Under the pieces are notes generated by a model. The model was not told the origin of the DNA, did no database searches, and worked only from the letters and a program-made list of their open reading frames with translations. Shown here in pieces: positions 1 through 8,066 of a DNA stretch of 64,000 nt. Origin of the DNA: Candidatus Latescibacterota bacterium (GTDB lineage: Bacteria > Latescibacterota > UBA2968 > UBA8231); contig CBDAOB010000005.1 in NCBI GenBank assembly GCA_965197905.1, positions 2,368,001 through 2,432,000 on the forward strand, read 5' to 3'. Position 1 is the first letter of the stretch, and each line of letters begins with the position of its first letter. The position numbers and the translations under genes were made by a program.

Positions 1-341
1 GTGGCCGCTGAAGAAATCGTGTCGACCGTCATGACGGCGTAGGTGCGACAGATCAACGGGCGCACAGGGTAGATCGTGCACTCATTTTCCGATCCGAGGA
101 AGGGGCATCGTCGTGGCCGCTCTTCGGTAAATGCCAGAAGGGCATCGGATCGCTCCTCAGGAAAATGCTCCACTATGTAGGCAGTGATGTTCAGGTACTC
201 GGCGGCGTACAGGGGAAACATCGTCGCATACTCTTCGTCGTACTCTGTATTGGTGAGCACGCAGCATTCCCCCGATTGCTCGCAGCGCGTTGCTGGCACC
301 TGATCGTACAGCGCCTGAAGTTTCTTTGAGAGATTTGACAT
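1..341 (-). CDS. YkgJ-family cysteine-cluster (Zn/Fe-chelating) protein, 3' end runs off window
   Basis: Read by hand, not in ORF track: MSNLSKKLQALYDQVPATRCEQSGECC...RRCPFLGSENECTIYPVRPLICRTY. Matches the CxxxGxCC / CPFL / CxIYxxRPxxCRxY pattern. Confidence 0.8.
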   Translation of the reverse strand, partial: MSNLSKKLQALYDQVPATRCEQSGECCVLTNTEYDEEYATMFPLYAAEYLNITAYIVEHFPEERSDALLAFTEERPRRCPFLGSENECTIYPVRPLICRTYAVMTVDTISSAA

Positions 342-414
342 CTGAATGGTCTGCGACGAACTCCTTCACAAACGGTCAAAAATGCACATTGCGCTTGGGA
401 CCCGCAAGGAGCGC

Positions 415-444
415 TTGACACTCGAGTTGGGAGCCCGCTATATT
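415..444 (+). promoter_or_regulatory. sigma70-type promoter for the small ORF at 464
   Basis: TTGACA (415-420), 18-nt spacer, TATATT (439-444), about 20 nt upstream of the ATG. Confidence 0.6.
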
Positions 445-463
445 CGGCGCAAACAGGTCTGAA

Positions 464-640
464 ATGGCTGAAAAACGGAAATTTTTAGGGGTCATGTTTC
501 AATGCTGCCGGGTCTATGCGAGGGTGTACATCAACAAGCAGAACACCGCGTACAGCGGCATGTGTCCTCGCTGCGGAAAGCGGGTCGAATTCAAGGTGGG
601 CCACGGCGGCACCGACAGCCGATTCTTCGACGCCTACTAA
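464..640 (+). CDS. small Cys-rich hypothetical protein (58 aa), probable Zn-binding
   Basis: MAEKRKFLGVMFQCCRVYARVYINKQNTAYSGMCPRCGKRVEFKVGHGGTDSRFFDAY. Below the ORF-track cutoff, fills the intergenic gap, has its own promoter, and carries CC and CPRC. Confidence 0.75.
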   Translation: MAEKRKFLGVMFQCCRVYARVYINKQNTAYSGMCPRCGKRVEFKVGHGGTDSRFFDAY

Positions 641-1947
641 TTCTCCACCTTGAGTGCCCCTAGAACCTGCCGGGCACCTGAGCGCACCGCCTGCTCGCTC
701 TCCGGCACGAACATCTGCACCTCTCCATACACCTTGTACGCTTTATCTATCTCGTAACCACCGCGCGGATACTCGTCGGAGGTTGGAAGATATCCCACAC
801 AACCGTTGGCGAGGCCACAAACAATCGTCGGTTGGAACGGAGACTCCCGTTCGATATCACGCTGATACCGGGCAAACATCTCCCCTTCGAATCCGAGAAA
901 CACCATATCTCCAAGGCGAATTCCTTGGATCTCGAATTCCCGACACCTGGGTTTGCCCCCCTCAGAGCGCCACCGTTTCGCTTCCCGAATCCACTCCAAA
1001 CCTGCTTGCGCGACTAGATAACTCGAGCGGCTCCGTCCACCGGGCGAACACCGCCGGTAGATTTCTTTTAACCACGACATTCGGTGGATCGATTCGCAGT
1101 AGAGCCGCCCCGGGGGCGGAAGCAACTCCAGCTGGACAATCTGCCTCACCACTCCGACCTGATCGGCAGACACGGGAACTGAGGCGGCCAGACTCCGCTC
1201 AACTGCCTGGCCAAGCAGCTCTCCCAATTCCGTAACATCGTCGAAGGTGCCGTTGGTTATACGCGGATTGACATCGCCGCAAGCCCCGTTCAGAAAGATC
1301 GCAGGAACTCCGGTTTGAGATTCGAGATAAGACACGGCCGCCCCGGGAAAATCGGCGCTGATCTCGCAGTTGTCCGCGCCCAGCACAACGGGGTGACAGG
1401 GGTGGCTGAGGATTGAGGCGATGGGGCCTGCGGCTCCTTCCATGCGAACGGCATGCAGGTGCCCCACCAGTAGTGCCTCGGATTCTTCGTGCGCGGCGCT
1501 TCTCCGGTTGTATCCCAGCTGAAACGGCACGGTGGCATACGAAAGCATTACGGGCTCCAGCTTGTCGCGCGCATTCTGCACGCATTCCGTAACGCGGTCT
1601 GCCAGGACGGCCATATAGTCGGCATCCATAGTGCCCATTCCACGGTACGGATAGGTGAGTGGCCCCGAGTGGGTGTGGGTACAGCAGATCAGGGTCGCCT
1701 GCGGGGGAATTCCCGAACTGTCGGCGATGCGGCGGCGCAGCTTTTCAACGTGCTCCCTGTGCAGCGCGACCAAATCCAGCACTACCATTGCGGCGCAATT
1801 GAGACCGTCGCTCCACACCGCGGCGCGAACATGCAGCCGATCGTGAACGCCCAGGGCCACGGATGGGCGCAACCAGTACCCGCCCATGGGAACACCGAGC
1901 TGCGGCGTTATATCGCCAACAGCCACACCGCACGAAAGGCTACTCAT
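637..1947 (-). CDS. neutral/alkaline ceramidase-like hydrolase
   Basis: Motifs DITP...MGGY, HDRLHVRA, CTHTHSGP, HPCHP, ISADFPG, GACGDVNP, GYLPT...GGYE. Confidence 0.75.
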   Translation of the reverse strand: MSSLSCGVAVGDITPQLGVPMGGYWLRPSVALGVHDRLHVRAAVWSDGLNCAAMVVLDLVALHREHVEKLRRRIADSSGIPPQATLICCTHTHSGPLTYPYRGMGTMDADYMAVLADRVTECVQNARDKLEPVMLSYATVPFQLGYNRRSAAHEESEALLVGHLHAVRMEGAAGPIASILSHPCHPVVLGADNCEISADFPGAAVSYLESQTGVPAIFLNGACGDVNPRITNGTFDDVTELGELLGQAVERSLAASVPVSADQVGVVRQIVQLELLPPPGRLYCESIHRMSWLKEIYRRCSPGGRSRSSYLVAQAGLEWIREAKRWRSEGGKPRCREFEIQGIRLGDMVFLGFEGEMFARYQRDIERESPFQPTIVCGLANGCVGYLPTSDEYPRGGYEIDKAYKVYGEVQMFVPESEQAVRSGARQVLGALKVEN

Positions 1948-2476
1948 CAGAGGCTGATCGAATCTGCTTCCAGTTTTGCGGGAGAATGATTAGCGGAGCA
2001 CCAGGCGCTACGGCATCGTACAGAGCGACGAGATCCCTCGCACCGACTCTGATCCACGGTCGCGTCGGCTTGCCCCACTCGGGATGCGCGAAAAGCAGCA
2101 AGCCGTGTTCGAAAAGAAGCGCGCACCTCTCATTGGCCATGGTCGCCAGGTTGTCTTCCCAATCGAAGGCAAAGGAGTGGATCGCTCCGGGAAAGAGCGT
2201 GGGCCGATAACGTCGCAGGTGGCTGTCCAATGCGGATGGGGATTCGGGCTGCTGTCCCAGGGACGACTCCAGAATCGGCATCGCGCGGAGCACTGCCTTG
2301 CGCCGCATCAGACGCACTTCGCCGATCTGTCTGTCGATCAGGACATACGGCCGATCCGCTTCGATGACGGCCAGCCACCGCCGAAGGTTCTTGTTGACGA
2401 ACCGGTAGTCCAGATCCTGGGCGGCAACGGGGAGTGCCAAAAGTGAGATGGCCACCCAGATTCGCAGACATCTCAC
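1940..2476 (-). CDS. secreted L,D-transpeptidase-like protein lacking the catalytic Cys
   Basis: Signal peptide from GTG 2476 (start uncertain). PYVLIDR...VLR N-terminal strand. C-terminus LGKSITHGCVRV of the neighbour corresponds to WGKPTRPWIRV here. Confidence 0.6.
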   Translation of the reverse strand: MRCLRIWVAISLLALPVAAQDLDYRFVNKNLRRWLAVIEADRPYVLIDRQIGEVRLMRRKAVLRAMPILESSLGQQPESPSALDSHLRRYRPTLFPGAIHSFAFDWEDNLATMANERCALLFEHGLLLFAHPEWGKPTRPWIRVGARDLVALYDAVAPGAPLIILPQNWKQIRSASDE

Positions 2477-2501
2477 GCGCGACGGATCGAGTGCCACGCA
2501 G

Positions 2502-3095
2502 TCAGTAGATGAACACGGGCCAGCCTGGCTCAACCGTGTCGTAGAAGAATTTAAGGTCGCTCTCGCCAACGCGAACGCAGCCGTGGGTAATGCTCTTACC
2601 GAGGTTGACCTCGTAGATCGTGCCGTGAATCATATACTCTTTGGCGAAGTACAGGGCGTAGGAACCTAGGGCGCCAAACTCGAATCTTCGTTTGTCCTCC
2701 GCGAAGATCGGGATCTCCTCGCCCGCCTCCAGAAACGCCCACTCCGGTTTGGCCCAGATCGGGTTTTCGACCTTTCGAAGCACCGAGAAACTCCCTCTTG
2801 GGGTTTCAAAGTGCCACTTGTGTTTCCAGCGCTTGGGTCCTTCAAGCCGGCGGCCGCTGCCCGTCGAACAGACGGCGTCTCGCAAGACGCGCTCACCATT
2901 TTTCAACAACAGCCGGTTCTCGCGGGTATTGACGACGAGATACGGCGTCGGGGGGTCCGTTTCCCGCAGCCGTGTCATGAGTTCCGCGTACTCGCGCAAC
3001 AACCGGCTAGCGTCGGGAGACCCTTGCTGCGCGCCCCAAGCTGCGGACCCGGTGAGCCACAACGCGAAAGTTATTATCGAGAGGCGGTTTTCCAT
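2502..3095 (-). CDS. L,D-transpeptidase (YkuD family)
   Basis: Signal peptide; CSTGS, FETPRG, PIWAKPEW, YMIHGT...SITHGCVRV (His/Cys catalytic motif). Confidence 0.9.
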   Translation of the reverse strand: MENRLSIITFALWLTGSAAWGAQQGSPDASRLLREYAELMTRLRETDPPTPYLVVNTRENRLLLKNGERVLRDAVCSTGSGRRLEGPKRWKHKWHFETPRGSFSVLRKVENPIWAKPEWAFLEAGEEIPIFAEDKRRFEFGALGSYALYFAKEYMIHGTIYEVNLGKSITHGCVRVGESDLKFFYDTVEPGWPVFIY

Positions 3096-3102
3096 ACCTG
3101 GC

Positions 3103-3137
3103 AAAAAAAAGCCGGGCGATTACTGCTGTCGCCCGGC
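3103..3137 (-). terminator. intrinsic terminator after the lipoprotein gene
   Basis: Minus strand reads GCCGGGCGA-cagcagtaa-TCGCCCGGC followed by T8. Confidence 0.8.
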
Positions 3138-3162
3138 CATATCTAGTTGGGAATCTTGTTGG

Positions 3163-3792
3163 TTAAATGCGCTCGTACCACGGCTTCATCTTTTCTACCA
3201 TTTCCGCATGCTTCTGCGCCGCCGCATCGACGCCACTGGAAACACCTTCAGCCGTCATTTTAGCGCTGGAGGCTTTGCTTTTCGCAGTATCGAAATCTTC
3301 ACGTGACGCTGCGGCGCGGGCGGCACTCAAATCGGCTTCGGCGCTACCCAATTCGGTCTGTAGCTGTTCGATGTCACCCTCCGTACCCTTACCTGATGGG
3401 GCGTTGGCAAGGCTCGATCGCGCACTTTCCAACGCGGCCTCTGCACTGCCAATGTTCGAATCAGCTCCCCGCTTTGCCTGCGCCTTCGTTGCGACGGCAG
3501 TCGATTTGGCTGCCTCCGCCTTTGCTTTGGCATCGGATATCATAGGAGTTACTTGATCAAAGTTCTTGAACAACTTCTGCTGTTCGGCCTCCATCGCACT
3601 CTTGGCTTTGTCATAGGCGCTTTGGGCGGAGGCTAGCTCGCTGGCGGCGAACCGATCGGCTCCGGCAGATTTTGCGTCCTGCACGGCTCGGTTTGCGGCT
3701 TCCAGTTCCGCGGTAGGAGGATTCCCGCCACAGCCGACCAACAACCCTACGGCCACAAACGGCAGTAGCAGTTTGGATACCCGATTTCTCAT
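3163..3792 (-). CDS. Ala/Lys-rich helical lipoprotein (DUF4398-like)
   Basis: MRNRVSKLLLPFVAVGLLVGC lipobox, then PPTAELEAANRAVQDAKSAGADRFAASEL, a typical DUF4398 start. ATG 3792 preferred to the ORF-track start 3873, which lies in the promoter. Confidence 0.8.
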   Translation of the reverse strand: MRNRVSKLLLPFVAVGLLVGCGGNPPTAELEAANRAVQDAKSAGADRFAASELASAQSAYDKAKSAMEAEQQKLFKNFDQVTPMISDAKAKAEAAKSTAVATKAQAKRGADSNIGSAEAALESARSSLANAPSGKGTEGDIEQLQTELGSAEADLSAARAAASREDFDTAKSKASSAKMTAEGVSSGVDAAAQKHAEMVEKMKPWYERI

Positions 3793-3844
3793 TGCCAGTC
3801 TCCTAATCTGGATCGCTTTGGAACTTTCATAGTTGAGATAAAGC

Positions 3845-3873
3845 AACTTAAAACAGGACCTTGGGCTTGTCAA
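3845..3873 (-). promoter_or_regulatory. sigma70-type promoter of the lipoprotein-LDT operon
   Basis: TTGACA-N17-TAAGTT on the minus strand. Confidence 0.55.
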
Positions 3874-3897
3874 GGCAAATCTCCCAAACCCCTCTGG

Positions 3898-4215
3898 TTA
3901 CTGTACTTGGAAGCCATCCGTGCCCCGTCCCCTGCCGCCGGGACGCTGCCGATCCCGCTCCAGCTGTATCTGCTGTTTTAGGTCAATATACTCGCGCTCG
4001 AGCCGGTCGATCTCCTCCCGTGCTGGACCCAATTGATCTCGCCGCGAGCCCAGTTCCAGTCGCAAGGCTTCAATTCGAGCGGACAGCTCTTCCTTGGTGG
4101 CTTCGAGGCGTTCGATGCGGGGGGTAATCAGCGACTTATACTTGACGTAATCCATGACCACTTGAAACGAAAAAAAGAGGCAGCCTATGGCAAAGATGGC
4201 TATTACCCATTCCAT
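3898..4215 (-). CDS. membrane-anchored coiled-coil hypothetical protein (family copy A)
   Basis: N-terminal TM helix then a heptad-rich region. Aligns without gaps to 62241..62549 and to the N-terminus of 59008..59949. Confidence 0.75.
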   Translation of the reverse strand: MEWVIAIFAIGCLFFSFQVVMDYVKYKSLITPRIERLEATKEELSARIEALRLELGSRRDQLGPAREEIDRLEREYIDLKQQIQLERDRQRPGGRGRGTDGFQVQ

Positions 4216-4221
4216 TGGGGT

Positions 4222-4419
4222 TTATCTCACGTCCTCTGTATCGCCGTAGTCGTCATCATCGTCGCCAGGCACCTCGAAGATCCACCCGCAATCGCTACAC
4301 AGCGGATGTTCCGGATCCCTTTTTGCATGGCACTGAGGACAACGAGGAGTACCGATGGGAAGGTATTTCAAGATTACCACGATAATAATGAGGGCAGTAA
4401 AAAAAAGCGACCAGATCAT
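4222..4419 (-). CDS. small membrane protein with zinc ribbon and acidic tail
   Basis: MIWSLFFTALIIIVVILKY (TM), CPQC...CSDC, DDDDDYGD tail; ATG at 4419. Confidence 0.7.
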   Translation of the reverse strand: MIWSLFFTALIIIVVILKYLPIGTPRCPQCHAKRDPEHPLCSDCGWIFEVPGDDDDDYGDTEDVR

Positions 4420-4453
4420 TGAGGCGGAAGAAAACTTCGATTGCGAAGACGCT

Positions 4454-4921
4454 TCAGGAAGAAGCGAACAGGGTAAGTTGGGCGTTGGTATCCCGCAGTC
4501 TCTGAGCGAGAACCCGGGCAATGTTACTCAGAACTGCGATGTGAGCCTGCGGTTCGCGCTTAAAGAGATGCTCCAGGTCGGTCAGCCGAATCGACAGCAG
4601 TACCGCTTCGGTCTCAGAGGTTACGGTGGCCGACCTGGGACCCGGATCGACGACGGCGATCTCGCCGAAAAACGCGCCCTTGTGGCGCAAGGTGGCCAGG
4701 TGGACTCGGCCTTTGTTGCCTTCCACGGAAACGGAAACCTCACCGCTGTAAAGGAGGAAGATGGCGTCGCCTTGCGTGCCTTCCTCGACGATCGAGGCCC
4801 CGGAAGTATGTTGGCGAACCTCGGTGATGTCGATCAGCTGATCGATGGATTCAGCAGGCAACCCGCGAAACAGTGGGGATTGTCGAAAAAACTCGAGGTC
4901 GGACTTCGGCTCACTTGCCAT
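4454..4921 (-). CDS. stand-alone cyclic-nucleotide-binding domain protein
   Basis: IVEEGTQGD...GAFFGEIAVVDPGPRSATV phosphate-binding cassette; no HTH. Confidence 0.85.
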   Translation of the reverse strand: MASEPKSDLEFFRQSPLFRGLPAESIDQLIDITEVRQHTSGASIVEEGTQGDAIFLLYSGEVSVSVEGNKGRVHLATLRHKGAFFGEIAVVDPGPRSATVTSETEAVLLSIRLTDLEHLFKREPQAHIAVLSNIARVLAQRLRDTNAQLTLFASS

Positions 4922-4924
4922 CGT

Positions 4925-5383
4925 TCACTGGTCGCGAGAGAGCTCGACGATGCGGTCGCCGGACGCCCGCAATCGCAATGACAGGTTGCGGGCGATATTC
5001 AGAATCATCGTCATTTGAGCACGAGGCAGCTTGGTGAAGAATGAGGCAAGCTCCTTCTTTGGAAAGGCGAGAATCTCCACATCCCTCTCGGCGCGGATGT
5101 TAGCCGATCGCGGCATAATGTCGATGAGAGACATTTCGCCGAAGAAATCCCCCATCTCGGAGAAGGTCGCCAGCGCGACTGGACTTCCGGCGTTCGCCTT
5201 CTCGATGACCACGGAGCCATCGCGCAGAATGAAAAGACAGTCACTTGGCGTACCCTCAGCGACGATTAGATTGGGGGCAGAATAGGTGCGTTGTTCGGAG
5301 ATGGCCAATAGCGCCGCGATCTCCTCCGAACTCAATCCCACGAGCAATGAGGAGGATTCGAGGGCTTCAAGAGGAGTGGCCAT
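4925..5383 (-). CDS. stand-alone cyclic-nucleotide-binding domain protein
   Basis: IVAEGTPSD...GDFFGEMSLIDIMPRSANI; tandem paralogue of the next gene. Confidence 0.85.
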   Translation of the reverse strand: MATPLEALESSSLLVGLSSEEIAALLAISEQRTYSAPNLIVAEGTPSDCLFILRDGSVVIEKANAGSPVALATFSEMGDFFGEMSLIDIMPRSANIRAERDVEILAFPKKELASFFTKLPRAQMTMILNIARNLSLRLRASGDRIVELSRDQ

Positions 5384-5422
5384 GATGTTACCTATCTTCT
5401 AATGTAGAAACAAGATACAGCC

Positions 5423-5452
5423 AATATAGGAGCCGTCGCGGAAGCAGGTCAA
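5423..5452 (-). promoter_or_regulatory. sigma70-type promoter for the cNMP-binding genes
   Basis: TTGACC-N18-TATATT on the minus strand. Confidence 0.5.
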
Positions 5453-5958
5453 GCGCTTTTTAGACCACCGCGTTCGAGGGCCGCTGCCAGAGAAATGCCG
5501 GTAAACATACCGGCCGCGCCTTGCATCGCGTTGCCCGGTAGACTGAGAAGCGCCGGCGGCAGGCTGTAGAAGATCCATTCCACCGCGAAATAACCGCATA
5601 CCATCGCCGCCGCCCCTAGGATCACCCCTGGAAACGCGAACAACACCCTGGGCACGCCCGACTGCCGGTACCAGACGCGGTGTGACAGCCAACCCACCAG
5701 GTAACCTTCGAGACCTTTTATTGCCAGCGTCGGCAAGGCCCAGTGGGAATATCCGCCGTAGACATCGGCAAGAGCCGAACCCACGCCCCCCGCGGCGGCA
5801 GCGGCCACGGGACCGAACAGAAGTGCTCCTGCGATGATGATTCCGTCGCCGAGGTTGAGATACCCTTCCGTGGCGGGCATCGGTATCCGCACCGCCAGCG
5901 TGACGGCTGCAACCAATGCCGTCAACAGCCCCAGGCGCGCGAGTTGGCCGGTCTTCAC
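5449..5958 (-). CDS. ECF transporter S component
   Basis: IPMPATEGYLNLGDGII...GGVGSALADVYGGYSHWALPTLAIKGLEG...SLPGNAMQ. The GTG start overlaps the upstream TGA (GTGA). Confidence 0.85.
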   Translation of the reverse strand: MKTGQLARLGLLTALVAAVTLAVRIPMPATEGYLNLGDGIIIAGALLFGPVAAAAAGGVGSALADVYGGYSHWALPTLAIKGLEGYLVGWLSHRVWYRQSGVPRVLFAFPGVILGAAAMVCGYFAVEWIFYSLPPALLSLPGNAMQGAAGMFTGISLAAALERGGLKSA

Positions 5959-6827
5959 GATTCGTTTTGGTCGGTTTTCTTCTTCTGCGGTTTGGCGTGT
6001 AATTTGCGCAACTGCCGGCGCCGTCCCCACCGACTGCGACGCACCCGCCGCCGGCCTAGGGGTAGCTGTATCCGGTTCTCCTGCTGGAGATCGTCGATCA
6101 CGTCGTTGAGGAGATTGGGGACGTTGGTAATTATGCCATTGGCACCCATCATGATCAGATCGCGCATGGCAATCTCTTCGTCGACGGTCCAGGTCCACAC
6201 GGCGATCGCCCGCTTGCGCATCTCTTCCAGCAATACCGGCGTGAGCGCGGCGTGCCAGATGGCCAACGCATTGGCCCCGGTTTGCAGCACCTGGCGAACG
6301 AGGCTCCGCGCGCGAACGCGAGACGGCGTCGCGGGCAGTTGTCCCACGAGCAGAGCCGCCGGAATGCTGGGATCCAACAGCTTTACCCGTTGAACCGTCT
6401 GACGGCTGAACGATTGGATGATGACCCGACCGCCGGCCGCCGCATCCTCCACACAGCGCAGTACCTGCTCGGCGACCCGGTCCGCCTTGATCTCGATGAG
6501 AACCAGGACCCTGTTGCGGGCGAGCTCCAGAGCCTCTTCCAGCAAAGGCACCTGTTGGTCGGAGAATTCCATGTCGAACCAGGAACCAGCATCCACCCGA
6601 CGTACACGATCCGCCGTCTGGTCGCGAATCGAACCCTTGGAGTCGGTGGTTCGATCGAGGGTGGCGTCGTGCACGACCACGAGTTTGCCGTCCGCTGTGA
6701 CCTGAACATCTATCTCGACCACGTCGACACCGATCTGAATCGCATGCTCGATGGCTGCCAGTGTATTCTCGGGAGCGAGGCCGGCGCCCGAGGCACCGCG
6801 GTGGGCGATTCGCACGGGGGGAATCAT
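5955..6827 (-). CDS. glycerophosphodiester phosphodiesterase (GDPD family)
   Basis: IAHRGASG..APENTLAA, VEIDV, VVVHDATLDRTT, IEIK, QSF, WTWTVD, GIITNVP. Confidence 0.9.
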   Translation of the reverse strand: MIPPVRIAHRGASGAGLAPENTLAAIEHAIQIGVDVVEIDVQVTADGKLVVVHDATLDRTTDSKGSIRDQTADRVRRVDAGSWFDMEFSDQQVPLLEEALELARNRVLVLIEIKADRVAEQVLRCVEDAAAGGRVIIQSFSRQTVQRVKLLDPSIPAALLVGQLPATPSRVRARSLVRQVLQTGANALAIWHAALTPVLLEEMRKRAIAVWTWTVDEEIAMRDLIMMGANGIITNVPNLLNDVIDDLQQENRIQLPLGRRRVRRSRWGRRRQLRKLHAKPQKKKTDQNES

Positions 6828-6845
6828 TGGAGCAGGGATTTCAAA

Positions 6846-8066
6846 TCAAGCCCCGAACTTGGCCAAGCGTCCAGCGTGAGCCAGCGCCAGGGCCATCAGG
6901 GAAGTGGAGGATAGATGGCCGAGACTGCCACCAGCGCAGCCGTGCTCGGTAAACGCGGCCGTTGGCACTGGCACAACTGCTTGACTGGAAATCACGCACG
7001 GGACCGGATGCCAACTGTGACTGCGCATGATCGAAGGTGTCGAGTGATCACCCGTAATCACCATTACGTCCGGAGACAGCTCCTCCAGTCGCGGCACGAT
7101 CGAATCCACTTCCTCCAGGAGCTTCACCTTGAGATCAAAATCTCCATCCTCTCCGGCGCTGTCCGTCGGTTTGAAATGAAGGTAGGTAAAATCGTATGCA
7201 GCGAAGCGTTCTTCCAGGGCGAGGCACCCGGACGCGAGATCATTTGCCGTGGCGACGGTATCCATGCCGACTGCGGCGGCTACCCCACGATACATCGGAT
7301 ATGCCGCGACGGCCAATGCTTTCAGTCCATAGACATCGAGAAACTGGGGTAGCTCCGGATAGCCACCGAAACCGCGCAAAAGCACCATATTGGCGGGATG
7401 CTCGTTTGCCAATAACAGCTTCGTTTGGCGTAAGAACTCGTTGGTCACCTCGACCGTGTTATTGGCCTCGTCGGCCAGCGCCCTCAATTCCAGCGAAGAC
7501 ACGCCGATCACTTGTGGATCCGAATCGGATACGCAGTCGCTGAGACCGGTGCCTCTGAGTTTGACCACGGCGCGGTAATCCAGCTCGGGAGTGATCTCAA
7601 CTTCCACCTTCGGAATCGAAACCTGCTTGAGAATTTCACACATCTCGCGGCAGGCTTCGGTCGAGATTCTGCCAGCGCGCCGATCCAGAACCAGACCGGT
7701 CGGATCCACGGTGCAGAAATTCAGGCGAATCGCCACATCCCCCTTCTTGAAATCGAGTCCCAGACCCAGCGCTGACAGTGCCCCTCGTCCGACCTTGAAA
7801 TGTAGCGGATCGTACCCGAAAAGACCCAGGTGAGCCGCACCACTTCCCGGAGTCAGCCCCGGCGCAATCGGTGTGTGCAGCCCGCAACTGCCCGCTGCTG
7901 CCAGACGGTCAAGGTTTGGTAGGGCTGCCGTATCGAGTTCACTCAACCCGGTATCCGGATGGGGAAGTCCTCCCAACCCGTCCACTACAAGCAAAAGGAT
8001 CTTGCTGTCGGCGGTTCCGGAGATCCGGCTCTTGCATAACTCCGAGCTGGGGTGTATTGCGCTCAA
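6846..8066 (-). CDS. apgM: 2,3-bisphosphoglycerate-independent phosphoglycerate mutase (ApgM type)
   Basis: LLVVDGLGG, PGSGAAHLGLFGYDP, GRGAL, DRRAGRI, HFKPTDSAGEDG, TGDHSTP, HSWHPVP. TTG 8066 overlaps the recJ stop. Confidence 0.9.
   Translation of the reverse strand: MSAIHPSSELCKSRISGTADSKILLLVVDGLGGLPHPDTGLSELDTAALPNLDRLAAAGSCGLHTPIAPGLTPGSGAAHLGLFGYDPLHFKVGRGALSALGLGLDFKKGDVAIRLNFCTVDPTGLVLDRRAGRISTEACREMCEILKQVSIPKVEVEITPELDYRAVVKLRGTGLSDCVSDSDPQVIGVSSLELRALADEANNTVEVTNEFLRQTKLLLANEHPANMVLLRGFGGYPELPQFLDVYGLKALAVAAYPMYRGVAAAVGMDTVATANDLASGCLALEERFAAYDFTYLHFKPTDSAGEDGDFDLKVKLLEEVDSIVPRLEELSPDVMVITGDHSTPSIMRSHSWHPVPCVISSQAVVPVPTAAFTEHGCAGGSLGHLSSTSLMALALAHAGRLAKFGA

Noticed and set aside
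637..1947. Ceramidase as evidence of sphingolipid metabolism tied to the lipid cluster
   Set aside because: The family is widely expanded with unknown substrates, lies 35 kb away, and no serine palmitoyltransferase is present.
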